64,000 nucleotides of DNA from Candidatus Shapirobacteria bacterium. GTDB taxonomy: Bacteria; Patescibacteriota; Microgenomatia; UBA12405. Position 1 is the stretch's first letter. The number at the start of each line of letters is the position of its first letter. The translations under genes and the position numbers were made by a program. Under the pieces are notes generated by a model. The model was not told the DNA's origin. It made no database searches and worked only from the letters and a program-made list of their open reading frames with translations. The stretch is from positions 56,357-120,356 of the forward strand of contig JAQWFB010000003.1 in the NCBI GenBank assembly GCA_028704635.1, written 5' to 3'. This document shows, piece after piece, positions 1 to 8,828 of the stretch.

Positions 1-274
1 TCTTTGCTTCCAAAATCCAAGCCCTAATATCGTGTTTGGTAATTTCTCTTTCAGTCTTATCAATTTGTGTGGTTGGAATATTCAATACCGCCTGTCTAAT
101 TTCCGGAGTCAATAGGTCAAAATCTTCCTTAGTAATTTTACCCAATTTAAACATTGCTTCTAAATTAGCAAATTCTACTTCGGCAATAGTTCGATAAAGA
201 TTGTCATAACCAAAAAACTCAACTAACGACTTTGATTGATAACGGGGATTTCCTGGCAACATTAAATTCGCCAT
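1..274 (-). CDS. Partial N-terminus of a lyase_1 family enzyme, probably adenylosuccinate lyase; runs off the window edge
   Basis: Minus-strand ATG at 272-274. Translation MANLMLPGNPRYQSKSLVEFFGYDNLYRTIAEVEFANLEAMFKLGKITKEDFD...ITKHDIRAWI resembles the PurB N-terminus, including the HD(V/I)xA motif. Not in the ORF track because it is truncated. Confidence 0.4.
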   Translation of the reverse strand, partial: MANLMLPGNPRYQSKSLVEFFGYDNLYRTIAEVEFANLEAMFKLGKITKEDFDLLTPEIRQAVLNIPTTQIDKTEREITKHDIRAWILEAK

Positions 275-431
275 AACTAACACTTTCCTTTCTTTTTGTA
301 TTTTTTAAAGATCCATTATAAAAAAAACGCCAATGCCATTTTTATAAAGTTAGGGGATTATACCGTATTTTTTATTTTCAATAGAATTTTACTTTTCAGT
401 TTATTTTCAGCTTTAGATTTATAATTAAACT

Positions 432-1100
432 ATGAAAATTTTAATCGTTGAAGACGAACACTTAATTGCCAACGCTCTTAAAAAGGGGTTAGAGCAAGAA
501 CATTACACGGCAGATTTAGCTTTTGATGGTGAAAAAGGTTTTGATTTGGCTTCAAGTGGGGATTATGATCTAATTTTATTAGATCTCATGCTCCCCAAAA
601 TGAATGGTTTCGAAGTTTGCAATCAACTTCGCCAACAACAAATACACACTCCTATTCTAATGCTTACCGCCAAAGGTCAAGTTGAAGACAAAATCAAAGG
701 TCTCAACAACGGAGCTGATGATTATCTAACCAAACCTTTTGCTTTTGAAGAGCTTTTAGCTCGTATTCGAGCCCTAACTCGTCGTCCTCAAAAATCCGCC
801 AGTGAAATTATTACCATCGGTGATCTTTCTTTGAATTTATCTACTTACGAAGTCATTCGACAGGGTAAACAAATTAATTTATCTAGTAAAGAATATTCTC
901 TTTTGGAATGTCTTATGCGTCATGCCAATAAAATTTTAAACAAAGATCAATTAATTCAGCACGTCTGGAGTTATGAATCAGATATCCTTCCCAACACTGT
1001 CGAAGTTTACATTAGAAATTTACGTCAAAAAATTGACCAACCCTTCAAAACTAAATTAATCAAAACCATCCGTGGTTTTGGATATAAAATCAGTGAATAA
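432..1100 (+). CDS. Two-component response regulator, OmpR/PhoB family
   Basis: Receiver domain with the conserved Asp pocket (VEDE...LLDLMLP...K) and a C-terminal winged-helix domain (LTKPFAFEELLARIRALTRR...VWSYE). Confidence 0.9.
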   Translation: MKILIVEDEHLIANALKKGLEQEHYTADLAFDGEKGFDLASSGDYDLILLDLMLPKMNGFEVCNQLRQQQIHTPILMLTAKGQVEDKIKGLNNGADDYLTKPFAFEELLARIRALTRRPQKSASEIITIGDLSLNLSTYEVIRQGKQINLSSKEYSLLECLMRHANKILNKDQLIQHVWSYESDILPNTVEVYIRNLRQKIDQPFKTKLIKTIRGFGYKISE

Positions 1101-1120
1101 ATTAAATGTTCAAAATAAAT

Positions 1121-1166
1121 CGCCCTGTCAAGGGAGATGTCCCCGCTACGCGGGGACAGAGGGTTT
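1121..1166 (+). repeat. Copy 1 of the dispersed structured repeat (CCCTGTCAAGGGAG, variable GC hairpin, GAGGGTTT)
   Basis: cgCCCTGTCAAGGGAGatgtCCCCGCtacGCGGGGacaGAGGGTTT, in the 78-bp spacer between the response-regulator and histidine-kinase genes. See the copies at 8548, 33319 and 63660. Confidence 0.6.
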
Positions 1167-1177
1167 AATACAAAAAT

Positions 1178-2188
1178 ATGTTTAAACAAGCCCGATTAAA
1201 ACTAACTGGTTGGTATCTTTTAATCATCATGGTTGTTAGTTTTTCCTTTAGTGCTCTTATTTATCAAATCAGTAGCATGGAAATTATCCATTTTGCCGAG
1301 TCCCAACGAAGTCGAATTGAAAGAAAATTCAATTCTTCTTGTCCCGATTCGCCACCGCCACCAATTTTAGTCGACTCTGATCTTATCGTTGAAAGTCAAC
1401 ATCGTCTTCTTGCCAATTTAGGCATCATTAATGGTTTTATTCTTTTAATTTCTGGCTCACTTTCTTATTTTTTGGCTGGTCGCACTCTTCGTCCTATTCA
1501 AAAAATGACCGAAGAACAAAAGCAGTTTATCAGTGACGCTTCTCATGAATTAAGAACCCCCATCACTGCTCTTAAAGCCATGCTTGAAGTTTCTCTTCGC
1601 GACCCTAAATTAGATTTAATTGAATCCAAAAAGGTTCTCACCAATGCTATTTATTCCACTAATCAATTAAAAAATTTATCGGATTCTCTTCTTGAGTTGA
1701 ATCATTTTAATAATAAATCGGCTCTTAATTTAAGCCCAGTTTCAATTAAAAACTTAATGTCTGAATCCATTAAAAAAATTAAACCCAAAGCCGACAAAAA
1801 ACAAATTACCATCAAAGTTAACCCAATCAAAGGCCAGATCAATGTTGATGTTCAAAAAATAGAAGAGCTATTTTTAATTCTTCTCGACAACGCCATTAAA
1901 TATAGTCCCAAATCCAGTCAAATTAAATTCATCGCTCTTAAAACTAGAAAAAATATAATTTTTAAAATCATTGATCAAGGTATTGGTATTTCCCAAAAAG
2001 ATTTGCCTCATATTTTTGATCGTTTTTATCGGGCCGACAATGCTCGCACCAAAAATGGTACTTCTGGTTATGGGCTCGGTCTTTCCATTGCCAAAAAAAT
2101 TATTGAATCACATGGTGGAAAATTGGAAGTTGACAGTAAATTAAATAATGGAACTACTTTTTTCATCTATTTATCGAATTTCAGCTAA
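1178..2188 (+). CDS. Sensor histidine kinase (HisKA plus HATPase_c)
   Basis: N-terminal transmembrane segments, H-box SHELRTPITALKAMLE, and G-box motifs DQGIGIS and GYGLGLSIAK. Confidence 0.85.
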   Translation: MFKQARLKLTGWYLLIIMVVSFSFSALIYQISSMEIIHFAESQRSRIERKFNSSCPDSPPPPILVDSDLIVESQHRLLANLGIINGFILLISGSLSYFLAGRTLRPIQKMTEEQKQFISDASHELRTPITALKAMLEVSLRDPKLDLIESKKVLTNAIYSTNQLKNLSDSLLELNHFNNKSALNLSPVSIKNLMSESIKKIKPKADKKQITIKVNPIKGQINVDVQKIEELFLILLDNAIKYSPKSSQIKFIALKTRKNIIFKIIDQGIGISQKDLPHIFDRFYRADNARTKNGTSGYGLGLSIAKKIIESHGGKLEVDSKLNNGTTFFIYLSNFS

Positions 2189-2218
2189 CCTTCAGTATTA
2201 ACTTTTACACTTCCGTTT

Positions 2219-3559
2219 ATGAAATTACCTAAATTTTTGAGAATAATTTTAATCTTTTTAATCATTGGCTTAATTGGTTATTTTGCTTATTCCAAAATAA
2301 CTTCCTCAACTAAAAAAGTAACTTATAAAACTACTCAAGTTACCAAAGGTACTTTAGTCACTTCTATTTCTGCCACTGGCACCATCACTTCTTCTAATAA
2401 ATCTGCCATTACCACCGGTGCTACCGGTACTATTAAAACCGTTTATGTTAAAGACGGCGACACTGTCACTAAAGGTCAAAAAATTGCCGAAGTTACTCTC
2501 GATGATGATGGTACGAGTAACAAAATTACTGCCTGGACTAATTATTTAACCATGCAGCAAAATGAAAAACAGGCTATTGCTGATCAATCGTCTGCTGATA
2601 TTCAAATGTGGACCGATCGTCAAGCCGTTATCGACGCTCAAGAAAAATATAATAGTTCAATTTCTGGCGGTTGGAATCCAACAACTCACGCTGAATATAC
2701 CTACAATGAAAAAGCTGTTGTTGCTAAAACTTTAACTTTGGCCAAACAAAAATTCACCGCTGATGAAACTACTTACAATAATTATTCTGCTTTTGTCACC
2801 AAAGCCAAACAACAAACCACCGAAGCCTACAATAATTATAAAAAAGTTTCATCAACTATTTATGCCGCAGATTCGGGCACAATTAGCAATTTAAGTATTG
2901 CTCCTGGAGTTATTATTTCCAACACTTCCACTTCAATTACTGTTTCCACCGGCACTAAAAGTACTGAAACATCATCAACCGTTACTTCCCACACTGTTGG
3001 CAGTATCACCAATCCCAAAGGCCAATATCAAGCCACTCTCAGTTTAACTGAATCGGATATTGTTAAAATTAAAGCTGGTCAAAAAGTCACTATGACTATG
3101 GACGCTTTTAGTGGAACTACTTTTACTGGTCAAGTTTTATCTGTTGATGTTGCTGGTGCTACCACTTCTGGTGTTACTTCTTATTCTGTTGTTGTCCTTC
3201 TTGATGACACCGACAAACAAATCTATACCAACATGTCTGTCACTGCCACCGTTATCATCAACTCCAAGGCCGACGTTCTTCTAATTCCATCCACCGCTAT
3301 CGACACCGCCACTGATGGGACTACTACCGTTAGAACCATGAAAGATAATATTGTTTCCACTGTTACCATTACCACTGGTGACACTAACGACAGCGAAATC
3401 GAAGTTAAATCGGGCCTCAATGAAGGCGACACTATCATTTCTTCTTCTGTCAGTAATGACACCAAATCAAACAACAACACCACTTCTGCCTTTAGTAGTT
3501 CTAACTCCAATCGAAACAGTAGTAGTTTTGGTGGCATGGGTGGTCCTCCAGGAATGTAA
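2219..3559 (+). CDS. Periplasmic adaptor / membrane-fusion protein (HlyD/MacA-like), Thr/Ser-rich
   Basis: N-terminal signal anchor. Biotin-lipoyl-like motif GTIKTVYVKDGDTVTKGQKIAEV, C-terminal VKSGLNEGDTII, GGMGGPPGM tail. Immediately upstream of the ABC ATPase and FtsX permease. Confidence 0.65.
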   Translation: MKLPKFLRIILIFLIIGLIGYFAYSKITSSTKKVTYKTTQVTKGTLVTSISATGTITSSNKSAITTGATGTIKTVYVKDGDTVTKGQKIAEVTLDDDGTSNKITAWTNYLTMQQNEKQAIADQSSADIQMWTDRQAVIDAQEKYNSSISGGWNPTTHAEYTYNEKAVVAKTLTLAKQKFTADETTYNNYSAFVTKAKQQTTEAYNNYKKVSSTIYAADSGTISNLSIAPGVIISNTSTSITVSTGTKSTETSSTVTSHTVGSITNPKGQYQATLSLTESDIVKIKAGQKVTMTMDAFSGTTFTGQVLSVDVAGATTSGVTSYSVVVLLDDTDKQIYTNMSVTATVIINSKADVLLIPSTAIDTATDGTTTVRTMKDNIVSTVTITTGDTNDSEIEVKSGLNEGDTIISSSVSNDTKSNNNTTSAFSSSNSNRNSSSFGGMGGPPGM

Positions 3560-3570
3560 TTCAAATAATT

Positions 3571-4311
3571 ATGCCAAAATCAAAAGCCATTATTATTGCC
3601 AAAAATCTTTCCAAAATTTACAAAACTGATGTTTTGGAAACCGTCGCTCTCGACAATGTTTCTTTTCAAATCAACGAAGGGGAGTTTGTCGCCATCATGG
3701 GTCCATCTGGATCAGGTAAATCCACTCTAATGCATATCCTTGGTGCTCTCGATAAACCCACCAGTGGTCGATATATTTTAGATAGCAAAAACGTTGAAAA
3801 TTTATCAGATGATGAATTATCAGAAATCCGTAATAAAAAAATTGGTTTTATTTTTCAGGCCTTCAATCTTTTACCCAGAACCACCACTTTAACTAATGTT
3901 ATGTTGCCTATGGTCTATGCTGGCATTCCCAAAGAAGAAAGACAAAAAATTGCCGAAAAATTCCTTAAAATGGTTGGTCTTAGTGATCGCTTAAACCACA
4001 CTTCAAACCAAATTTCCGGTGGACAACAACAACGCGTTGCCATCGCTCGATCTTTAGTTTTAAATCCAGCCATGATTCTCGCTGACGAACCAACCGGGAA
4101 TATTGCCTCAGCTCAAGCCGATGAAGTTATGTCTATTTTTGAAAAATTAAATGACGAAGGTCACACTATTGTTATGATTACTCACGAACCAGATATTGCC
4201 GAACATGCTAAAAGAATTATTTTTATTAAAGACGGTAAAATTATCAAAGACAGCACCAATCACCAACGTCGAAGAGCAGCCATTAAAAAGGAGGTATTAA
4301 AAAATGATTGA
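3571..4311 (+). CDS. ABC transporter ATP-binding protein (MacB/LolD/FtsE-like)
   Basis: Walker [10 protein letters not shown], signature [13 protein letters not shown], Walker [10 protein letters not shown]-loop ITHE. Confidence 0.9.
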   Translation: MPKSKAIIIAKNLSKIYKTDVLETVALDNVSFQINEGEFVAIMGPSGSGKSTLMHILGALDKPTSGRYILDSKNVENLSDDELSEIRNKKIGFIFQAFNLLPRTTTLTNVMLPMVYAGIPKEERQKIAEKFLKMVGLSDRLNHTSNQISGGQQQRVAIARSLVLNPAMILADEPTGNIASAQADEVMSIFEKLNDEGHTIVMITHEPDIAEHAKRIIFIKDGKIIKDSTNHQRRRAAIKKEVLKND

Positions 4312-5527
4312 ATTTTGGGAATTAATTAAAGAAAGTGTTAACACTCTTCGGCTCAATAAAATGAGAACTAGTTTAGCTGTTTTGGGAATTGTTATTGGTA
4401 TTGGTAGTGTTATTGCTCTTATTTCCATTGGTCAATCCAGCCAAAAATCTGTCACTTCCCAAATAGAATCTCTGGGTTCTAATTTAATTACCGTTTCTCC
4501 TGGATCTCAATCATCTGGCATGGTTCGAACCTCAACTGCCAGAAAAACTTTAACTTTGGCCGATGCCGAAGCTCTTGAAAAAGCCGGTCTTTCAGCTATA
4601 AATTCTGTTTCACCTGAATCTTCCAGTCGGCTTCAAGTCATCGCCGGCGACAATAACACCAACACTACTATTTATGGCGTCAAATCAACTTACTCTGGTA
4701 TTCATAACCTCAAAATTAATGGTGGCCGATTTATCACCGACAGCGATTACACTTCCCAAAGTCACGTGGCCGTTCTTGGCCCCACTGTTGTTGAAGATCT
4801 TTATGGTAGTTCTAGTTACGATTGCATCGGTGAAATCATTCGCATTAATGGTCAAAACTTTACTATCATTGGTATTACTGTGGCCAAAGGTTCATCTGGT
4901 ATGACCGATTCAGATGACGCCATTTACATTCCTCTTTCCACTGCCATGAAGCAACTTTTTGGTGTCAATTATTTATCTTCTATCGCTATCGAAGCCGCCA
5001 GTAGTGATGTTATGGTTCAAGCCCAAAATCAAATCGGTTATTTTTTATTAGCTCGTCACAAAAAAACGGAAATCGCTAAAGCTGATTTTACTATCAGATC
5101 TTCAGAAGAAATGCTTTCCACTGCCTCCAGCGTCACCGGGACTTTCACTTCACTTTTATCCGGTGTTGCCGCCATTTCTCTCATCGTCGGTGGCATTGGT
5201 ATTATGAATATCATGTTAGTTACTGTCACTGAAAGAACTCGAGAAATCGGTTTAAGAAAAGCTCTTGGTGCCAAAAAGAAAACCATTATCACCCAATTTT
5301 TAACCGAATCAGTTATTCTTACTTTTACCGGCGGAATTTTAGGGATCATTATCGGTGTTGCCACTTCGTATGGTTATTCTCGGATCAATTCTTCTAATTT
5401 CACTATTTCACCATATTCAGTTTTATTAGCCTTCAGTGTTTCTGTTGTCATCGGTATTATTTTTGGTTGGTATCCTGCTAAAAAAGCCGCCAGTCTTCAA
5501 CCAATTGAAGCTCTTCGCTACGAGTAA
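4304..5527 (+). CDS. ABC transporter permease, FtsX/MacB-like
   Basis: N-terminal TM, large periplasmic domain, and a C-terminal 3-TM FtsX-type domain. Overlaps the ATPase gene by 8 nt. Confidence 0.8.
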   Translation: MIEFWELIKESVNTLRLNKMRTSLAVLGIVIGIGSVIALISIGQSSQKSVTSQIESLGSNLITVSPGSQSSGMVRTSTARKTLTLADAEALEKAGLSAINSVSPESSSRLQVIAGDNNTNTTIYGVKSTYSGIHNLKINGGRFITDSDYTSQSHVAVLGPTVVEDLYGSSSYDCIGEIIRINGQNFTIIGITVAKGSSGMTDSDDAIYIPLSTAMKQLFGVNYLSSIAIEAASSDVMVQAQNQIGYFLLARHKKTEIAKADFTIRSSEEMLSTASSVTGTFTSLLSGVAAISLIVGGIGIMNIMLVTVTERTREIGLRKALGAKKKTIITQFLTESVILTFTGGILGIIIGVATSYGYSRINSSNFTISPYSVLLAFSVSVVIGIIFGWYPAKKAASLQPIEALRYE

Positions 5528-5535
5528 TTTCAGCC

Positions 5536-6051
5536 TTGTTTCAGTTTAGTTTTTTATTATCAATCAATTATTTATTATTTAAAATTATGAAAAACATAAA
5601 ACAAATATTTTCCGTTTCCACTATTATTATTTCTCTAGTCACTCTTGTTATCGGCTTTGCCGGTGGTTATATTTATCAAAAAAATAAAACACCTTCTTTT
5701 GCTCGCAATGGTCAATCTCAAATGGCTGGTGGTAATCCTTCTAATCGTAGTGGTAATGGAACTGGTGGTATGCCCAGTCAAAGAATTTCCTCTAAAGAAA
5801 CTGTTGGTGAAATCACCACTGTCGATAACTCTTCTATAACCGTCAAAACCCCCGATGGTGGTTCTAAAATTATTATGATTTCTGATTCCACTACTATTAA
5901 CCAAGCTACTAAAGTTGATAAAACCAATCTTAAAGATGGTTCTCAAGTCTCTATTTCTGGTGATCAAAACACTGACGGCACTGTTACCGGTAAGATTATT
6001 AATATTAATTCCACTACTACTGCTGTCACCACTCCTGTCACTAAAAATTAA
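5536..6051 (+). CDS. Hypothetical Gly/Thr-rich secreted or membrane-anchored protein
   Basis: One N-terminal TM, then low-complexity G/T/S-rich sequence. The true start is probably the internal Met near 5587 (MKNIKQIF). Confidence 0.4.
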   Translation: MFQFSFLLSINYLLFKIMKNIKQIFSVSTIIISLVTLVIGFAGGYIYQKNKTPSFARNGQSQMAGGNPSNRSGNGTGGMPSQRISSKETVGEITTVDNSSITVKTPDGGSKIIMISDSTTINQATKVDKTNLKDGSQVSISGDQNTDGTVTGKIININSTTTAVTTPVTKN

Positions 6052-6077
6052 ATTTTTATTAATTTTTAATTAATTTA

Positions 6078-6104
6078 AAACCCTCCCAAATTCGGAGGGT
6101 TTTA
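6078..6104 (+). terminator. Intrinsic terminator hairpin CCCTCCcaaattcGGAGGG followed by TTTT
   Basis: Perfect 6-7 bp GC stem plus a T-run after the efflux operon. Near-identical to the hairpin at 40716. Confidence 0.6.
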
Positions 6105-6143
6105 ACTCGACTGTTAATTTGATAAGATTAAAAACTATTTTCT

Positions 6144-7562
6144 ATGATCAACAAAGCCAAAAATATTATTAAAATGCCCGTTTTTAAGGCACTTTTTACT
6201 CTGGCTATTCCTATTATCATGGCCAATCTTTTTCAGGCCATGTATCAACTTACTGATTCTTTTTGGGTTGGTCGTCTTGGGGGCACTGCTCTCGCCGCTG
6301 TTTCTATTTGTGGTCCGGTCATTTTTTTAACCGTTTCTTTAGGTATTGGTTTTGCTATTGCCGGTTCTACTTTCGTTGCTCAATATTTTGGTGCTAAAAA
6401 CCATAAAATGGTCAGCCATGCCGCCGCCCAAACAATTTTAATGATTATTGCTACATCCATTATTTTTAGTACCTTAGGATTTATTTTTGCTCCACAGATA
6501 CTTCATTTTATGGGAGCTAATACTGAAATTTTCAGTATGGCTTTGGCTTTTTTAAGAATTTCTTTTATTGGTCTTGTTGCTAATTTTTCTTTTTTTATTT
6601 TTCAATCTATTATGAGAGGAATTGGCCGTCCCCAGATTCCCGTCTACATAGTCATTGCCACTGTTTTGTTAAATTTTATCCTTGATCCACTTTTAATTTT
6701 TGGATTTGGTTCAATTCCAGCTTTTGGTCCTGCAGGTGCTGCTGTGGCCACTCTTTTAACCCAAACCATTGCCGCCGTTTCGGGCTTTATTATTCTCTTT
6801 GGTGGGCGCCATGGCATTCATTTAAAAATGAGTGATTTTAGACCAGATTTTAAATTTATTAAAAAAGCTTTTAAAATTGGTTTACCTTCATCAATTGAAC
6901 AATCATCTCGTAATTTAGTCATGGTTTTTATGACGTCTCTTATTGCTGGTTTTGGCACCACCGCTGTTGCCTCTTACGGAGCTGGTTCAAATATTATTCA
7001 AGTCGCTATTTTTATTGCCGTCGGATTATCTGTTGCCAACGGCACTTTAGTTGGTCAAAATATTGGAGCTCAAAATATTAGTCAAGCCATCAAAGCCTCA
7101 AAAATCAGTTCTTTTGTTGCTTTCACTTGTTTATCTTTTTTAGGAATCATTATTTTTATTTTTTCCCGCCAATTCGTTTCTTTCTTCGTTCCCAATGATT
7201 TTGCTGTTATCAAAGAAGCGTCTAATTTTATTAGAACCGTTTCTCTTAGTTTTGGGTTAGTTGCCCTACAGATGTGTTTTAGTAGCGTTTTTAACGCTGC
7301 TGGTCAAACTAAAATCACCATGTTTGTTACCATTTTTTCCCAATGGTGTATTCAAATTCCTTTAGCTTATTTTTTATCACAACACACTAGTCTTGGTATT
7401 CAAGGAATTTGGTTAACTTTTCCTATTACTAATATTTTTACTAGTTTTATCGCTTTTATCTTTTATTCTCGTGGATCTTGGAAAACCACCAGAATTATTG
7501 AAGAAGATAAAACTATTGGTCAAGTGTCTGAAGAGACCACAGTTGAAGAGGGTATTCATTAA
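6144..7562 (+). CDS. MATE family efflux transporter
   Basis: 12 predicted TMs. N-terminal motif PIIMANLFQAMYQLTDSFWVGRLG is typical of MatE/NorM. Confidence 0.7.
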   Translation: MINKAKNIIKMPVFKALFTLAIPIIMANLFQAMYQLTDSFWVGRLGGTALAAVSICGPVIFLTVSLGIGFAIAGSTFVAQYFGAKNHKMVSHAAAQTILMIIATSIIFSTLGFIFAPQILHFMGANTEIFSMALAFLRISFIGLVANFSFFIFQSIMRGIGRPQIPVYIVIATVLLNFILDPLLIFGFGSIPAFGPAGAAVATLLTQTIAAVSGFIILFGGRHGIHLKMSDFRPDFKFIKKAFKIGLPSSIEQSSRNLVMVFMTSLIAGFGTTAVASYGAGSNIIQVAIFIAVGLSVANGTLVGQNIGAQNISQAIKASKISSFVAFTCLSFLGIIIFIFSRQFVSFFVPNDFAVIKEASNFIRTVSLSFGLVALQMCFSSVFNAAGQTKITMFVTIFSQWCIQIPLAYFLSQHTSLGIQGIWLTFPITNIFTSFIAFIFYSRGSWKTTRIIEEDKTIGQVSEETTVEEGIH

Positions 7563-7635
7563 ATAAACTTTACATTCACCTAAAATTCATCTAATATTAA
7601 TTTGTTAGTTATTTTACAAAAGGAGGTGTATTTTA

Positions 7636-7836
7636 ATGAACAAAAGCCCTTTATATACCCTTTGTCTTGTTCTTGCCATAATTGGTGGACTTAATTGGGG
7701 ATTAGTTGGTCTTTTTAATTATGATCTTGTCGCCATGATTTTTGGCAATATGTCCTTTTTGTCAAAATTAGTTTACGACCTTGTTGGTTTATCGTCATTT
7801 TATCTTTTAATAGCTCTTTTTTACTCAAAAAAATAA
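7636..7836 (+). CDS. DUF378 family small membrane protein
   Basis: 66 aa. GGLNWGLVGLFNYDLV matches the DUF378 signature. Ribosome-binding site aaaggagg lies 7 nt upstream. Confidence 0.6.
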   Translation: MNKSPLYTLCLVLAIIGGLNWGLVGLFNYDLVAMIFGNMSFLSKLVYDLVGLSSFYLLIALFYSKK

Positions 7837-7847
7837 AGATATTCTTT

Positions 7848-7874
7848 GGTGACAGAATATTTTCTGTCACCTTT
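7848..7874 (+). terminator. Intrinsic terminator-like hairpin GGTGACAGaatatttTCTGTCACC followed by TTT
   Basis: 8-bp perfect stem followed by a T-run, immediately after the DUF378 gene. Confidence 0.45.
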
Positions 7875-8033
7875 AGTTCACCTTTATTTTTAAATAATCT
7901 TCAATTTCCTTTAATAATTTTTCTGTTGGTTTTCTACAATTACAGTTCTTATTATGTTCTATATGCCATTTTATTCGTTCTTTTTGGGTTGGATTTTTCG
8001 GCATTCTATTTTTCAAATGCCATTCTTTATTAA

Positions 8034-8828
8034 TCATAACTGTTCTTTTCTTTCCATTATCATCTTATAACCCAAATCAATCAAATATTGATAATTCTTT
8101 TTTCTAAAATCTAAAACAAAAGCTTTGTTTTCAATAGAATTTAAATAAATTATTTTTTTATTTTTCAAATGTTTTGCCCTTTCTAAGCTATTACTTTGTT
8201 GCATCGCTATAATTGTTGCATGTAAAACATCCACTACTGTACTTTTTTCATTTATTTTTTTAATTGGTTTAGTAATATCCGATATTATTATTTTTCCCGA
8301 TTTTTCAATCAAACTAGTTGGCACATTATTCACCACTCCGCCATCCACCAAAAATTTATCATGATATTTAAGTGGGGGAAACACCCCGGGAATCGATATC
8401 GACGCCATCACCCCTGGAAAAATTTTTCCTTTTTCAAAAATTATCTCTTCATTATTATTTATATCTGTAGCATTAAATCTCATCTTAATTTTCAAATCAT
8501 CAAAATGATCAGCCTTAATATAATTTTTCAAAAACTTTTCCAAGATAGCCTCCCTGTCAAGGGAGGTGCCCGCAGGGCGGAGGGTTTTATCAAAAATTAT
8601 AGACTGAATTAGTTTAGAAAAATTCAACTCACTCGCTTCCTTTTCAAAATCAATTTTCGGATTAGCCGCATACATCAATCCCACTATTGCTCCAATCGAT
8701 GTCCCACTAATTTCATTTATTTTTATTCCCATTTCCTGGAGTCCTTTTATTACTCCCATATGAAAGAAACCTCTTGCACCACCGCCTCCAAGAACCAATC
8801 CAATTTTATTTTTATTAAACATAATCAT
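8034..8828 (-). CDS. Patatin-like phospholipase
   Basis: GGGGARG oxyanion motif, GTSIG (GxSxG) nucleophile and DGG catalytic Asp. Carries the 14-codon in-frame repeat-derived insert TLRPAGTSLDREA. Confidence 0.8.
   Translation of the reverse strand: MIMFNKNKIGLVLGGGGARGFFHMGVIKGLQEMGIKINEISGTSIGAIVGLMYAANPKIDFEKEASELNFSKLIQSIIFDKTLRPAGTSLDREAILEKFLKNYIKADHFDDLKIKMRFNATDINNNEEIIFEKGKIFPGVMASISIPGVFPPLKYHDKFLVDGGVVNNVPTSLIEKSGKIIISDITKPIKKINEKSTVVDVLHATIIAMQQSNSLERAKHLKNKKIIYLNSIENKAFVLDFRKKNYQYLIDLGYKMIMERKEQL
8548..8588 (+). repeat. Copy 2 of the dispersed structured repeat, inside the patatin CDS in antisense and in frame
   Basis: gcctCCCTGTCAAGGGAGGTGCCCGCAGGGCGGAGGGTTTT. On the minus strand it translates as LRPAGTSLDREA with no stop codon. 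Confidence 0.6.

Noticed and set aside
3223-5967. Nested or antisense ORFs in the track (3223-3564 minus, 3351-3629, 4674-4904, 5056-5364 minus, 5635-5967 minus, 5645-5839) lying inside the MFP, permease and Gly-rich genes
   Set aside because: Fully contained within, or antisense to, much longer ORFs with clear family motifs. Their low-complexity composition mirrors the Thr/Ser-rich codons of the genuine genes. No independent ribosome-binding site or motif.
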